Counted from the first letter of the stretch, positions 37,346-48,899 are shown. The stretch: 64,000 bases of DNA from an uncultured Arcobacteraceae bacterium (GCA_964022095.1 CAXHZO010000001.1:128001-192000), one strand, 5' to 3'. Numbers and translations are program-made. The notes: generated from the sequence alone by a model not told the origin.

Positions 37346-39223
37346 ATGGAATTACAATCATTAATTTATCTATTCGTAGGTATTTCATTCGCAGTTTACA
37401 TTGGTATTGCTTTATGGGCAAAAGCTGGATCTACTAAAGATTTCTATGTTGCAGGTGGTGGAGTTCACCCAGTTGCAAATGGTATGGCTACAGCTGCAGA
37501 CTGGATGTCAGCAGCGTCATTTATCTCTTTAGCAGGTATTATTTCGTTCAAAGGTTCTGATGGTGGTGCTTATTTAATGGGATGGACTGGTGGATACGTT
37601 CTACTAGCTATGTTATTAGCTCCTTATTTAAGAAAATTTGGTAAGTTTACAGTTCCTGATTTCGTTGGTGACAGATACTACTCTGACACAGCTAGATTAG
37701 TTGCAGTTATTTCAGTAATCTTCGTTTCGTTCACATATGTTGCTGGACAAATGAGAGGTGTTGGTATCGTATTCTCAAGATTCTTACAAGTTGATGTTAA
37801 TACAGGTGTTATGATTGGTATGGCTGTTGTATTCTTCTACTCTGTTCTTGGTGGTATGAAGGGTATTACATATACTCAAGTTGCACAATATGTTGTTATG
37901 ATTTTCGCATACATGATTCCTGCGATTTTCTTATCATTACAAGTTACTGATACGTTCTTACCACAATTAGGTATTTTCGCTCAAACTACATTTGCATTTG
38001 ATTCAGGTGTACAAGTTATTCCAGAAGGTACATATCTGTTGCATGCACTAGACCAAGCTATTGTTGACTTAGGTTTTACTGCATATACACAACCAGGTAA
38101 CTTATGGAACATGTTTATGTTAACTACAGCATTAATGCTTGGTACTGCTGGTCTTCCACACGTTATTGTTAGATTCTTTACAGTTCCAACTGTAAAAGAT
38201 GCTAGAATTTCTGCTGGTTGGGCGTTAGTATTTATTGCTATTATGTATACAACTATTTCATCTGTTGCTTCTTTCTCAAGAGTTAACTTAATTAAGAACT
38301 TACAGAATACTGAGTATAAAGCATTTGTTAATGGTGAATTAACTCACGCTGACGGTACACCAAATGATGGTAACTGGTTTAAAACTTGGGAAAATGGTGG
38401 TCTATTAGCATGGACTGATAGAAATGGTGACGGTAAAATTCAATATGCTGCAGGTGCTGCATTTGATGGTGCAAAAGGTAAACCAGCATTTGATGGTGAA
38501 AACAGAGCAGAAGACGGTCACAGATTAACTACTAACGGTAAAGCTGCCGCTAATAGTGGAAAAATTGAAAATGAATTATATGTTGATAGAGATATCATGG
38601 TACTTGCAAATCCTGAAATTGCAAACTTACCAAACTGGGTTATTGCGTTTATTGCAGCTGGTGGTTTAGCAGCAGCATTATCAACAGCAGCAGGTTTATT
38701 ACTTGTAATTGCTTCAGCGATTTCACATGACTTAATGGGTCAAGTTATCTTTAAAGACAAAGAAACTGGTAAATCTACATTAAACGAGAAAACAGAGTTA
38801 ATGTGGGCAAGAATTTCAGCAGTAGCTGCAATTTGTGTTGCAGGTTACTTAGGAATTAACCCTCCAGGATTCGTTGCACAAGTTGTTGCATTTGCATTTG
38901 GTTTAGCAGCAGCAGCATTCTTCCCAACAATTATCCTTGGGGTATTTGATAAGAGAATGAACAAAGAAGGTGCAATTGCTGGTATTTTAACTGGTTTAAT
39001 CTTCACATTCGGATATATTATATACTTCGTATTTATGGGTGGAGATAAAGCTGATTACCTATTTGGAATTGCTCCAACTGGTATTGGTACAGTTGGAACA
39101 TTATTACACCTAATCGTAGCATTAGTTGTATCTAGAATGACTCCAGAGCCTCCTGCAGAGATTCAAGAGTTAGTTGAGTCTATTAGACTTCCTAACGGTG
39201 CTGGTGAGGCTGTAGATCACTAG
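37346..39223 (+). CDS. Sodium:solute symporter (VC_2705-type, ActP-related)
   Basis: [31 protein letters not shown]-terminal GAGEAVDH. Confidence 0.94.
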   Translation: MELQSLIYLFVGISFAVYIGIALWAKAGSTKDFYVAGGGVHPVANGMATAADWMSAASFISLAGIISFKGSDGGAYLMGWTGGYVLLAMLLAPYLRKFGKFTVPDFVGDRYYSDTARLVAVISVIFVSFTYVAGQMRGVGIVFSRFLQVDVNTGVMIGMAVVFFYSVLGGMKGITYTQVAQYVVMIFAYMIPAIFLSLQVTDTFLPQLGIFAQTTFAFDSGVQVIPEGTYLLHALDQAIVDLGFTAYTQPGNLWNMFMLTTALMLGTAGLPHVIVRFFTVPTVKDARISAGWALVFIAIMYTTISSVASFSRVNLIKNLQNTEYKAFVNGELTHADGTPNDGNWFKTWENGGLLAWTDRNGDGKIQYAAGAAFDGAKGKPAFDGENRAEDGHRLTTNGKAAANSGKIENELYVDRDIMVLANPEIANLPNWVIAFIAAGGLAAALSTAAGLLLVIASAISHDLMGQVIFKDKETGKSTLNEKTELMWARISAVAAICVAGYLGINPPGFVAQVVAFAFGLAAAAFFPTIILGVFDKRMNKEGAIAGILTGLIFTFGYIIYFVFMGGDKADYLFGIAPTGIGTVGTLLHLIVALVVSRMTPEPPAEIQELVESIRLPNGAGEAVDH

Positions 39224-39233
39224 TAACTAAACA

Positions 39234-39276
39234 CACTAAAGATATACCTTTTAGGTATATCTTTTAGTGCTTTTTT
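39234..39276 (+). terminator. Intrinsic terminator after SSS gene
   Basis: cactaaagatatacc..ggtatatcttttagtg followed by T-run. Confidence 0.8.
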
Positions 39277-39322
39277 ATGTTAAAATAATTTAATATAAAA
39301 AAGTACTTCACTAAGGAAAATA

Positions 39323-41143
39323 ATGAGTCTTCAAGATCAAGAACTATTCCTATCAAAAATTCCCCCTTTTCAAGCATTAACACAAAAGCAAATGGATTAT
39401 TGTATTAAGCATATGGATATTGCTTATTATCCAAAAGATTCAACACTAATTACACCAGAAAGAATTAGCGATCATTTCTTTATCATTATAAAAGGTACTG
39501 TATTTGAATACTCAAATGAAAATGCAGTTATTATGGATTACCATAGTGAAGATTCCTTTGATTCAAATTCATTAATATATGGAAAAGGTAAAAATACCTT
39601 TAAAGTTCATGAAGATTTAATTTGTTATGAATTAGAAAAAAATGCTTTTTTAAAACTAATAGAAGATAATCAAGAATTTAAAGACTTTTATCTAAAAGAT
39701 TTAGTAAATAAAATTAAAACTCTAAAAGATAAAGAATATACATCTGAACTATCTTCATTTATGATTGCAAAAGTTGATGATACCTTAATACATGAAGCTT
39801 GTATTGTTGAAGAAGATACAAAACTAAATGATGCAATATCAAAATCAATGGAATTTAAAACTTCTACAATTATTGTAAAAAGAAGTGATGGTGTTTATGG
39901 AATTATTACAGACTCACTATTAAAAGTTAAGGTATTACTTGAAGGAAGAAATTTAGATATTCCTGTTAAAGATATTGCAATATTTCCTCTTTTAACTGTA
40001 TTTAGTGATGATTACTTATTTGAAGCACTTACTTTACTTATTAAAAGAAATATAAAAAGAGTTGGGGTAACAAATAATGATGGTGAAATGATTGGTATTT
40101 TAGAACAAATAGATGTACTTTCTCATTTTGCAAATCATACATATGTAGTTGATTCAAAAATAAAAAAAGCAAAAAATATTGAAGATTTAAAAAATGCAAG
40201 TAGTGATTTAATTAATATTATCAGAAGTTTACATGCAAAAGGTGTAAAAGTAAATCACATCTCTAATTTAATAGGTCAGTTAAATACGAAAGTCTATCAA
40301 AAACTATACAAACTAATTGTTCCTGAAAAAATACAATATGATGCATGTTTCATGGTAATGGGGAGTGAAGGAAGAAATGAACAAATTATCAAGACAGATC
40401 AAGATAATGCACTTGTAGTAAAAGATGGCGTTGATGTAGAGCAATATAGAGAATATATGAATACAATTATTGAACATCTAATTGATTTTGGTTATCCTCC
40501 TTGTGAAGGTAATATTATGGTTTCAAACCCATTTTGGTGTAAAACAGTTAGCCAATATAAAGCAGAAACTGCAAGATGGATTGAAGCACCTGATATGCAA
40601 AACTATATGGATTTAGCAATATTCTTTGATTCATTTGCAGTTGCTGGAGATAAAACACTTCTAATAAATTTAAAAGATGATTTATTTGATAAACTACATG
40701 ATAAAGATGTATTTATGGCATATTTTGCAAAAGCAACTTTAACATTTGATACTCCAAGTTCAGTATCAAACTTTATGACAAAATCAAATAAACTAGATAT
40801 TAAAAAAGTTGCAGTATTCCCAATAGTTCAAGGAATAAGAAGTTTAGCTTTAAGAGAAAGAATTAGAGAAACAACAACTGTAAAGAGAATTAAAATTCTA
40901 CAACAAAGAGGCGAAATAGAAAAAGAAAAAGCAGATGAACTACTTGAAGCTTTTGATGTTGTAAATACTTTAAGATTAAAATCTCAGCTTGAATCAATTC
41001 AAGAAGGTAAAAAGATTGGGAATGAGATAGATACTCATACTTTAGGAAAAATCGAAAGAGATTTATTAAAAGACTCATTAAAAATTATTGTTGAATTTAA
41101 AAAATTCATTTCATATAAATTCCAAACTGATAAGATTTCATGA
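39323..41143 (+). CDS. cNMP-binding + CBS + DUF294 nucleotidyltransferase protein (copy 1)
   Basis: cNMP-like N-terminus, CBS pair, MGSEGRNEQ..TDQDNAL, GNIMVSNPFW, DIKK. Confidence 0.92.
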   Translation: MSLQDQELFLSKIPPFQALTQKQMDYCIKHMDIAYYPKDSTLITPERISDHFFIIIKGTVFEYSNENAVIMDYHSEDSFDSNSLIYGKGKNTFKVHEDLICYELEKNAFLKLIEDNQEFKDFYLKDLVNKIKTLKDKEYTSELSSFMIAKVDDTLIHEACIVEEDTKLNDAISKSMEFKTSTIIVKRSDGVYGIITDSLLKVKVLLEGRNLDIPVKDIAIFPLLTVFSDDYLFEALTLLIKRNIKRVGVTNNDGEMIGILEQIDVLSHFANHTYVVDSKIKKAKNIEDLKNASSDLINIIRSLHAKGVKVNHISNLIGQLNTKVYQKLYKLIVPEKIQYDACFMVMGSEGRNEQIIKTDQDNALVVKDGVDVEQYREYMNTIIEHLIDFGYPPCEGNIMVSNPFWCKTVSQYKAETARWIEAPDMQNYMDLAIFFDSFAVAGDKTLLINLKDDLFDKLHDKDVFMAYFAKATLTFDTPSSVSNFMTKSNKLDIKKVAVFPIVQGIRSLALRERIRETTTVKRIKILQQRGEIEKEKADELLEAFDVVNTLRLKSQLESIQEGKKIGNEIDTHTLGKIERDLLKDSLKIIVEFKKFISYKFQTDKIS

Positions 41144-41775
41144 TGTTCGATAACTTTTTTAGAAATTTAAATAAAAAAAGACTAAAAGATGATAAATACC
41201 TTTACTTATTTGATGAGCCAATAAAAGGAGAGTATATATCACTTGATTGTGAGACTAGTGGATTAAATCCAAAAAAAGATGAAATCTTATCTATTGGTGC
41301 AGTTAAAATAAAAGACAATAAAGTAATAATGCGTGATACTTTTAATATTTTTGTAAAACCATCAAAACAAATTGCTGCTGAGTCTATAAAAATTCATAGA
41401 ATTAGACCAATTGATTTAGAAAATGCAATAGATCCACAAAAGGCAATTTTTGACTTACTTGAATTTATTGGGCCTACTCCAATTGTGGGATATTATATTA
41501 AGTTTGATATTGCAATGATATCAAAGTATACAAAAAAATATTTAGGAATTAAACTTCCTAATGAAACAATAGAAGTATCTTCAATGTATTATAAAACTAG
41601 AAAAAAATCTAGTGAATATGAATTTATTGATTTAAAATTTGATACAATTATGAAAAATCTTGATATTCCAGAATTAGGAAAGCATGATGCACTAAATGAT
41701 GCAATTATGACTTCAATGATGTTTTTAAAACTACGAGATTTAACTCCAGCTAAGACTACTTTCTATACAAATTAA
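41140..41775 (+). CDS. DnaQ-like DEDDh 3'-5' exonuclease (copy 1)
   Basis: LDCETSG, FDI, HDALNDA; overlaps the DUF294 stop. Confidence 0.92.
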   Translation: MMFDNFFRNLNKKRLKDDKYLYLFDEPIKGEYISLDCETSGLNPKKDEILSIGAVKIKDNKVIMRDTFNIFVKPSKQIAAESIKIHRIRPIDLENAIDPQKAIFDLLEFIGPTPIVGYYIKFDIAMISKYTKKYLGIKLPNETIEVSSMYYKTRKKSSEYEFIDLKFDTIMKNLDIPELGKHDALNDAIMTSMMFLKLRDLTPAKTTFYTN

Positions 41776-41861
41776 CGCTTCAAAAAGTTACAAAATTATT
41801 TTTTATAGCTTAAATTATATTTAAATCTACCTAATAATATATCTCCCTTATATTTGCTATG

Positions 41862-41905
41862 TATAATTCTATCTATTTTAATTCAAAATGCTATATTAAT
41901 GCTAT
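41862..41905 (+). promoter_or_regulatory. -10 element and TGCTAT-N5-TGCTAT box upstream of DUF485-actP copy 1
   Basis: TATAAT 41862; TGCTATattaaTGCTAT 41889-41905. Confidence 0.65.
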
Positions 41906-41949
41906 CTTAGCGCTTTAAGGATTTTGTATTAATTAAATAGGAGGCAAAA

Positions 41950-42264
41950 ATGAATGACGAGTTAGTAAATCGAATAAAAAACAACTCAAAATATCAAGAA
42001 CTAGTAAAAAAAAGAAATAGCTTTGCACTGAAGCTGTCAATTTTTGTATTAGTTATGTTTTATGCATATATTTTAACAATTGCATTTAATCCAAGTATAT
42101 TAGGAACATTGACTGGTGAAGGTGTAATGACTATTGCATTTCCAGTTGCTGCTTCTATTATTATTGTGAGTTTTATTACAACATTAATTTATGTAAGAAG
42201 AGCTAATGGTGAGTTTGAAGACTTAACAAATGAAGTAAAAAAAGATGTAAAGGATTTAATGTAA
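41950..42264 (+). CDS. DUF485 (YjcH-like) membrane protein
   Basis: KYQELVKKR, two TMs, [10 protein letters not shown]. Confidence 0.92.
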   Translation: MNDELVNRIKNNSKYQELVKKRNSFALKLSIFVLVMFYAYILTIAFNPSILGTLTGEGVMTIAFPVAASIIIVSFITTLIYVRRANGEFEDLTNEVKKDVKDLM

Positions 42265-43913
42265 TGATTAGAATTTTAGCACTTATTTCTATATTTGCAA
42301 TTGCAGTATTTGCTGCTGGTGATGCAAATTTTGATGCATCAAAAAGAGAATTAAATATTCCTGCAATTATTATGTTCTTTATATTTGTGGGTGGAACATT
42401 AGGAATTACTTATTGGGCTGCAAAAAGAACTAAATCAGCAAGTGATTTTTATACAGCTGGTGGAGGGATTTCAGGATTCCAAAATGGTATGGCAATTGCT
42501 GGGGATTATATGTCAGCAGCATCATTCCTAGGATTATCAGGACTTGTTTATTTAAAAGGCTATGATGGTTTAGTATATGCAGTTGGATTCTTAGTTGGAT
42601 GGCCAGTAATTCTTTTCTTAATGGCTGAAAAACTTAGAAACTTAGGTAAATTTACATTTGCAGATATTGCAGCATATAGATTAGGACAAAAAGAAGTAAG
42701 AACACTAGCTGCTCTTGGCTCATTAGCTGTTGTAACTTTATATCTTATTGCACAAATGGTTGGTTCAGGAAAACTAATTCAAGTATTATTTGGATTAGAG
42801 TACGAATATGCTGTAATTTTAGTTGGTATTATGATGATTGTATATGTAACTTTTGGTGGTATGCTTGCAACTACTTGGGTACAAATTATTAAAGCTGTAT
42901 TATTACTTTCTGGTGTTACATTTATGGGATTTATGGTTTTAAGTCATTTTGGATTTAGCTTTGAAGCATTAGCAACAAAAGCTGTTGAGACACATGATTT
43001 AGGACAAGCGATAATGGCTCCAGGTGGATTTATTTCAGACCCAATTTCTGCAATTTCTCTTGGTCTTGCATTAATGCTAGGAACAGCTGGTCTTCCTCAT
43101 GTTCTTATGAGATTCTTTACAGTTGGTAATGCTAAAGAAGCTAGAAAATCTGTTGTTTATGCAACTGGGTTTATTGGATATTTTTATTTAGTAATTGCAA
43201 TTATTGGTTTAGGAGCAATTGTCTTTTTAAACTCACCAGAAGGTCAAGCATACTTTGTTGATGGGAAACTATTTGGTGGAAATAATATGGCAGCAATTCA
43301 CTTATCTCATGTAGTTGGTGGAAATATATTCTTAGGATTTATTTCAGCTGTTGCATTTGCTACTATTTTAGCAGTTGTTTCAGGTCTTACACTTGCTGGT
43401 GCAAGTGCAATTTCTCATGACCTTTATGCATCAGTTATAAATCCAAATGCTACAGAAGAGCAAGAAATTAAAGTTTCAAAAAGAGCGACAATTGTTATTG
43501 GTATAGTTGGAGTTGTCTTAGGTATTGCATTTGAACAACAAAATATTGCCTTTATGGTAGGTCTTGCATTTGCTATTGCTGCATCTGCAAATTTCCCAAT
43601 TTTATTTTTGTCAATTTATTGGTCTAAATTAACTACTAGAGGTGCTTTTATAGGTGGTTTAATTGGTTTATTTACCGCTGTAATTTTAGTTGTAGTAGGT
43701 CCAATTGTTTGGGTTCAAATTTTAGGAAATGAAGAAGCCCTATTCCCTTATAAACACCCTGCACTATTCTCTGTATCTGCAGCGTTTATAGCAATTTGGT
43801 TCTTCTCAATTACTGATAATTCACAAAGAGCAAAAGAAGATAGAGATGCTTATGAAGCTCAAAATATCAGAGCTGAAACTGGTATCGGTGCTGATGGAGC
43901 AGTTGAGCACTAA
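42264..43913 (+). CDS. actP: Cation/acetate symporter ActP (copy 1)
   Basis: [50 protein letters not shown]. Confidence 0.94.
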   Translation: MIRILALISIFAIAVFAAGDANFDASKRELNIPAIIMFFIFVGGTLGITYWAAKRTKSASDFYTAGGGISGFQNGMAIAGDYMSAASFLGLSGLVYLKGYDGLVYAVGFLVGWPVILFLMAEKLRNLGKFTFADIAAYRLGQKEVRTLAALGSLAVVTLYLIAQMVGSGKLIQVLFGLEYEYAVILVGIMMIVYVTFGGMLATTWVQIIKAVLLLSGVTFMGFMVLSHFGFSFEALATKAVETHDLGQAIMAPGGFISDPISAISLGLALMLGTAGLPHVLMRFFTVGNAKEARKSVVYATGFIGYFYLVIAIIGLGAIVFLNSPEGQAYFVDGKLFGGNNMAAIHLSHVVGGNIFLGFISAVAFATILAVVSGLTLAGASAISHDLYASVINPNATEEQEIKVSKRATIVIGIVGVVLGIAFEQQNIAFMVGLAFAIAASANFPILFLSIYWSKLTTRGAFIGGLIGLFTAVILVVVGPIVWVQILGNEEALFPYKHPALFSVSAAFIAIWFFSITDNSQRAKEDRDAYEAQNIRAETGIGADGAVEH

Positions 43914-43920
43914 AGTAACA

Positions 43921-43947
43921 TACTAAAGAGATTTTTTCTCTTTAGTA
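43921..43947 (+). terminator. Hairpin after actP copy 1
   Basis: tactaaagaga..tctctttagta. Confidence 0.65.
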
Positions 43948-44115
43948 ACATATTTGTAGTCTTGTGTTACATAAAGATACTAAAAACAATTATCAATACG
44001 ATATAACTTAATTTTTAATAAAAAAAATAAACTAAATTAAATAATTTATATATGTATTTTATGTTACAAATCTACATTTATTACATATTTTTTACATAAG
44101 ATTATTTAAAAATAC

Positions 44116-44177
44116 CTGACAAACTTTCTTTACTATGTATAATACGATACATTTTTCAATTGCTATTTAATTGCTAC
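44116..44177 (+). promoter_or_regulatory. Promoter and TGCTAT-N5-TGCTAC box upstream of DUF485-actP copy 2
   Basis: CTGACA(44116)-16 nt-TATAAT(44138); TGCTATttaatTGCTAC 44161-44177. Confidence 0.65.
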
Positions 44178-44218
44178 TATTAAATGGCTATTGCAAAAAC
44201 TAGTAAAAAGGAAGCAAA

Positions 44219-44536
44219 ATGAACAACGAATTAGTTGAACGAATTGAATCTAATCCTAAATATCAGGAATTAGTTTCAAAGAGAAATGGATTTGGTATCA
44301 AATTAGGTATTTTTGTATTAGTTATGTTTTATTCATATATCTTAACTATTGCATTTAACAAAGAAGTACTAGCAACAAAAATAAGTGATGAGAGCATTAT
44401 TACAGTTGCATTTCCTATTGCATTAGCAATTTTAGTAATTAGTTTTATTACTACGTTAATCTATGTAAAAAGAGCTAACGGTGAGTTTGAAGACTTGACT
44501 AATGAAATTAAAAAAGATGTAAAGGATGTTATATAA
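44219..44536 (+). CDS. DUF485 (YjcH-like) membrane protein, copy 2
   Basis: Paralog of 41950-42264. Confidence 0.92.
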   Translation: MNNELVERIESNPKYQELVSKRNGFGIKLGIFVLVMFYSYILTIAFNKEVLATKISDESIITVAFPIALAILVISFITTLIYVKRANGEFEDLTNEIKKDVKDVI

Positions 44537-46185
44537 TGCTTAAAATTTTATCATTAATTGCTATTTTTGCAATCGCTGCATTTGCTGCTGGTGATGCAAC
44601 GTTTGAAGCAACAAAAAGAGATCTTAATATTCCTGCGATTATTATGTTCTTTATTTTTATTGTTGGTACTTTAGGGATTACTTATTGGGCTGCACAAAAA
44701 ACTAAATCTGCAAGTGACTTTTATACTGCTGGTGGGGGAATTACGGGGTTCCAAAACGGTTTAGCAATTGCAGGTGATTATATGTCAGCTGCTGCATTTC
44801 TTGGGGTATCTGGTCTTATTTACTTAAAAGGTTATGATGGTGTTATCTATGCAGTATCATTTTTAGTTGGATGGCCAATTATTCTTTTCTTTATGGCTGA
44901 AAAATTAAGAAACTTAGGTAAGTTTACTTTTGCTGATATTGCTGCATATAGACTTGGCCAAAAAGAGATTAGAACTTTAGCTGCATTTGGTTCACTTTCT
45001 GTTGTTATTTTATATCTTATTGCACAAATGGTTGGTGCAGGAAAATTAATTCAAGTACTATTTGGTATGGAGTATGAATTTGCTGTTATCTTAGTTGGTG
45101 TAATGATGATTATTTATGTAACTTTTGGTGGTATGCTAGCAACTACTTGGGTTCAAATTATCAAAGCTTGTTTACTATTAAGTGGTGTTTCATTTATGGC
45201 TGTAATGGTTTTATATAACTTTGATTATAGTTTTGAAAGTTTATTTAAAAATGCTGCTGAGAACCATAAAGCTGCTGAGTCTATTTTAGCTCCAGGTGGA
45301 TTTATTTCTGATCCAATTTCTGCTATTTCATTAGGTATGGCTTTAATGCTTGGTACTGCTGGTCTTCCACATGTACTTATGAGATTCTTTACAGTTGGTA
45401 ATGCAAAAGAAGCTAGAAAATCTGTTGTTTATGCAACTGGTTTTGTTGGTTACTTCTGGATTATTATTACTATTGTTGGATTTGGTGCAATTGCATTATT
45501 AAACTCTCCAGAAGGTACTAGCTATTTTGTTGATGGTAAACTATTTGGTGGAAACAATATGGCATCAATTCACTTATCACATTTACTAGGTGGTAATGCA
45601 TTCTTAGGATTTATTTCAGCTGTAGCATTTGCTACTATTTTAGCTGTTGTTTCAGGTCTTACATTAGCAGGAGCATCTGCAATTTCTCATGATATTTATG
45701 CAAATGTAATCAATCCAAATGCAAGTGATGAAAAAGTAGTTAAAATTTCTAAAATCACTGTAGTTATTGTTGGTATTGTTGGTGTTACTTTAGGTATTGC
45801 ATTTGAGCAACAAAATATTGCTTATATGGTTGGATTAGCATTTGGTATTGCAGCATCTGCAAACTTCCCAATTTTATTCTTATCTATTTACTGGAGAGGA
45901 TTAACAACTAGAGGTGCATTTATTGGTGGATTTATTGGTCTTATCACTGCTGTTACTCTTGTAATTGTTGGACCAATTGTTTGGGTACAAATTTTAGGAA
46001 ATGCTGAAGCTTTATTTCCATATAAACACCCTGCATTATTCTCAGTAACTGTAGCATTTGTTTCAATTTGGTTCTTCTCTAAAACTGATAACTCACAAAG
46101 AGGTAAAGACGAGAAAGAATTATTTAGAGCTCAAAATGTTAGAGCGAATACAGGTATTGGTGCAGCTGGAGCAGTTGATCACTAA
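44536..46185 (+). CDS. actP: Cation/acetate symporter ActP (copy 2)
   Basis: Same length and motifs as copy 1; [10 protein letters not shown]. Confidence 0.94.
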   Translation: MLKILSLIAIFAIAAFAAGDATFEATKRDLNIPAIIMFFIFIVGTLGITYWAAQKTKSASDFYTAGGGITGFQNGLAIAGDYMSAAAFLGVSGLIYLKGYDGVIYAVSFLVGWPIILFFMAEKLRNLGKFTFADIAAYRLGQKEIRTLAAFGSLSVVILYLIAQMVGAGKLIQVLFGMEYEFAVILVGVMMIIYVTFGGMLATTWVQIIKACLLLSGVSFMAVMVLYNFDYSFESLFKNAAENHKAAESILAPGGFISDPISAISLGMALMLGTAGLPHVLMRFFTVGNAKEARKSVVYATGFVGYFWIIITIVGFGAIALLNSPEGTSYFVDGKLFGGNNMASIHLSHLLGGNAFLGFISAVAFATILAVVSGLTLAGASAISHDIYANVINPNASDEKVVKISKITVVIVGIVGVTLGIAFEQQNIAYMVGLAFGIAASANFPILFLSIYWRGLTTRGAFIGGFIGLITAVTLVIVGPIVWVQILGNAEALFPYKHPALFSVTVAFVSIWFFSKTDNSQRGKDEKELFRAQNVRANTGIGAAGAVDH

Positions 46186-46192
46186 TATTTTA

Positions 46193-46219
46193 AATCAAAG
46201 GAGGTTCCCTCCTTTGATT
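46193..46219 (+). terminator. Strong hairpin between actP copy 2 and DUF294 copy 2
   Basis: aatcaaaggagg-ttc-cctcctttgatt; weak U-tail, so may be a stabiliser or leaky terminator. Confidence 0.65.
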
Positions 46220-46248
46220 AAATAAATTTAATCCATAAAGAGTCACTC

Positions 46249-48090
46249 ATGAGCATCTTAGAACAAAAACAGTTTATCAAAGCTATACACCCCTTTGAAA
46301 ATTTAACTAAAGGTCAACTTGATGACTTTGCAGAAAATATTGATATCACTTACTTTAAAGCAAATGAAACTATTCAAAAAGCTCAGAATGAACCTACTCA
46401 TTTATACTTTATTTTAAAAGGTATGGTTCAAGAAAAAAATGAAGAAGAAGTTTTATCAATATATTCTAATAATGAAATATTCGATGCAGTGTCATTAATC
46501 GAAAACTTTTCAAAGAATGAATTTGTTACTACACAAGAGACAATTTGTTATATGCTGCCAAGAGATATTTTTATAAAAACACTCCATGCAAACAATCAAT
46601 TAGAAAGTTACTTTTTCCAATCAATTTCAGATAAATTAAATAATCATATCAGTCAAGAAAAAAATAAAGAAATGGCTAATATTATGGTGGCAAAAGTAAA
46701 AGATGCACAAATACATAAAGCTGTTATAGTGGACTCAAATAAGACAATTCATGAAGCAGTAACAATAATAAAAAAAGAAAAAATTCCAACACTTCTTTTA
46801 AAAGATACTAATGATGAGATGTATGTAATTACAGATTCTGATTTTAGAGAAAAAGTAATTTTAAATAGAATGGACTTTGATGATAAAGTTATTAAAATAG
46901 CTTCAAAAGGTCTAGTTTATATAAATGAAAATGATTTTTTATTTAACGCACAATTAGTAATGGCCAAACATGGACTAAAAAGAGTTATTGTAAAAGATGA
47001 TAATAGTAATATTGTTGGAATTCTTGATCAAATTTCGCTTTCATCTTTCTTTGCTACTAATACATTTTCTGTTTCGAATCAGATTATAAAAGCAGAAACA
47101 ATAGAAGAGTTAAAAGCAGCATCTCACTCATTTATCAAAATAATTAAATCACTAAATGCAAAAGGTGTAAAAGTTGAATTTATATCAAGGTTAATTAATC
47201 AATTAAATAGAAAGCTTATTGACAAACTATATAAACTTTTAGCTCCTAATGAACTTTATGAAAAGTCATGCTTAGTAGTAATGGGGAGTGAAGGAAGAGG
47301 TGAGCAAATTTTAAAAACGGATCAAGACAATGCTTTAATAATTGAAGATGATTGTAGTATTGATTCAAAACAAATAGAACAATTTACTAAAAATTTTACT
47401 GAGACATTAGTTGATTTTGGTTTCCCTAGATGTGAAGGAAATATTATGGTTTCTAATCCTTATTGGTGTAGAAGGGAATCTAATTTTAAAGACTTAATAT
47501 ATTCGTGGGTAAATGAACCAAGTGGCGATAACTTTATGAATATTGCAATTTTTTATGATGCAATTAGTGTTACTGGAAATAAAGAATTAATAATTAGATT
47601 AAAAGAGTATTTATTTAAAGTAACAGGAAACTCACAAACATTTAATGCTCATTTTGCAAAAGTTATTTCAAGTTTTGATGTACCTTTAGGATTCTTTGAT
47701 GGATTTGTTTTCAATAATGATGATGAAAAGCACAAAGATGAAATTGATATAAAAAAAGGTGGTATATTTATTATTGTTCAAAGTATTAGAAGCCTTTGTT
47801 TAGAAAAAAAAGTTTTAAATATAAATACATTAAAAAGAATAAATAGACTTCAAGAACTTGGTGTATTAGATAAAGAGTTTGCAAAAGAACTAACTATGGC
47901 ATTTAACTTTTTAAATACCCTAAAACTAAAATCAAATTTAGAAAAATTAGATAGAAAAGAAAAAATTGATAATTATATAAACCCAGAGTACTTAACAACC
48001 ATGGAAAAAGACTTATTAAAAGATTCATTCAAAATTGTTAACAAGTTAAAAAAGAAATTAGAATACCACTTTAAGTTGAATTATGTTTAA
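46249..48090 (+). CDS. cNMP-binding + CBS + DUF294 nucleotidyltransferase protein (copy 2)
   Basis: MGSEGRGEQ..TDQDNAL, GNIMVSNPYW, DIKKGG. Confidence 0.92.
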   Translation: MSILEQKQFIKAIHPFENLTKGQLDDFAENIDITYFKANETIQKAQNEPTHLYFILKGMVQEKNEEEVLSIYSNNEIFDAVSLIENFSKNEFVTTQETICYMLPRDIFIKTLHANNQLESYFFQSISDKLNNHISQEKNKEMANIMVAKVKDAQIHKAVIVDSNKTIHEAVTIIKKEKIPTLLLKDTNDEMYVITDSDFREKVILNRMDFDDKVIKIASKGLVYINENDFLFNAQLVMAKHGLKRVIVKDDNSNIVGILDQISLSSFFATNTFSVSNQIIKAETIEELKAASHSFIKIIKSLNAKGVKVEFISRLINQLNRKLIDKLYKLLAPNELYEKSCLVVMGSEGRGEQILKTDQDNALIIEDDCSIDSKQIEQFTKNFTETLVDFGFPRCEGNIMVSNPYWCRRESNFKDLIYSWVNEPSGDNFMNIAIFYDAISVTGNKELIIRLKEYLFKVTGNSQTFNAHFAKVISSFDVPLGFFDGFVFNNDDEKHKDEIDIKKGGIFIIVQSIRSLCLEKKVLNINTLKRINRLQELGVLDKEFAKELTMAFNFLNTLKLKSNLEKLDRKEKIDNYINPEYLTTMEKDLLKDSFKIVNKLKKKLEYHFKLNYV

Positions 48091-48703
48091 AAATATAAGT
48101 AACTATTTTAATAAAAAAAACCTAATTGATAAAAAATATTCATACCTTTTTGATAAATCATCAAATGATGAATTTGTATGTTTTGATTGTGAAACAACAG
48201 GACTAGACCCAAAAGTTGATGATATTATATCAATCGGAGCAGTTACAATTAAAAATAACACAGTAGTATCTAGCAAAAAGTTTGTTAAGTTTGTAAAACC
48301 AAAAACAACTTTGCAAGCAGAAGCTATTAAAATCCATCATATCAGACAAATGGACTTACTAGATGCAGAAGATATTGATGAAGTTATTTTAGAGTTTTTA
48401 GATTATATTGGAAATAAACCTTTGGTTGGATACTTTTTAGAATTTGATATTGCAATGATAAATAAATATTTAAAACCTAAACTTGGTATTAAACTTCCAA
48501 ATAGAGCTTATGAAGTTTCAGCTATTTACTATGATTATAAAATAGAAAAAATTCCTCAAAGTAATATTGATTTAAGATTTGACACAATAATGAGTGATTT
48601 ACAAATTCCAGTAATGGGAAAACATGATGCATATAATGATGCGTTAATGACAGCATTAATATTTATTAAATTAAAAAACCAAACTAAGGTAAAAATCAAA
48701 TAA
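48083..48703 (+). CDS. DnaQ-like DEDDh 3'-5' exonuclease (copy 2)
   Basis: FDCETTG, FDI, HDAYNDA; overlaps the DUF294 stop. Confidence 0.92.
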   Translation: MFKNISNYFNKKNLIDKKYSYLFDKSSNDEFVCFDCETTGLDPKVDDIISIGAVTIKNNTVVSSKKFVKFVKPKTTLQAEAIKIHHIRQMDLLDAEDIDEVILEFLDYIGNKPLVGYFLEFDIAMINKYLKPKLGIKLPNRAYEVSAIYYDYKIEKIPQSNIDLRFDTIMSDLQIPVMGKHDAYNDALMTALIFIKLKNQTKVKIK

Positions 48704-48899
48704 CTGTTACAAAATGCTCACTTTACAAAAAGTTGAGTTAAATGTACAACTATTGTACATTTTCACCTTCTATATCTTACTAATTATACATATATAAAGC
48801 ACTTTAGCCTTAGATTTGATCTATTTAACCTTTTTTTACATAAGAATGTACACTTTATGTACTTTTTTTACTTTTACTAATAAATTTTTCTTTATCTAA

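Noticed and set aside
41140-48703. DEDDh genes as the replicative dnaQ, or the NTase-nuclease pairs as a CBASS-like defence system
   Set aside because: They are coupled to cNMP/CBS-DUF294 genes in transporter operons; no CD-NTase features or Cap effectors visible.
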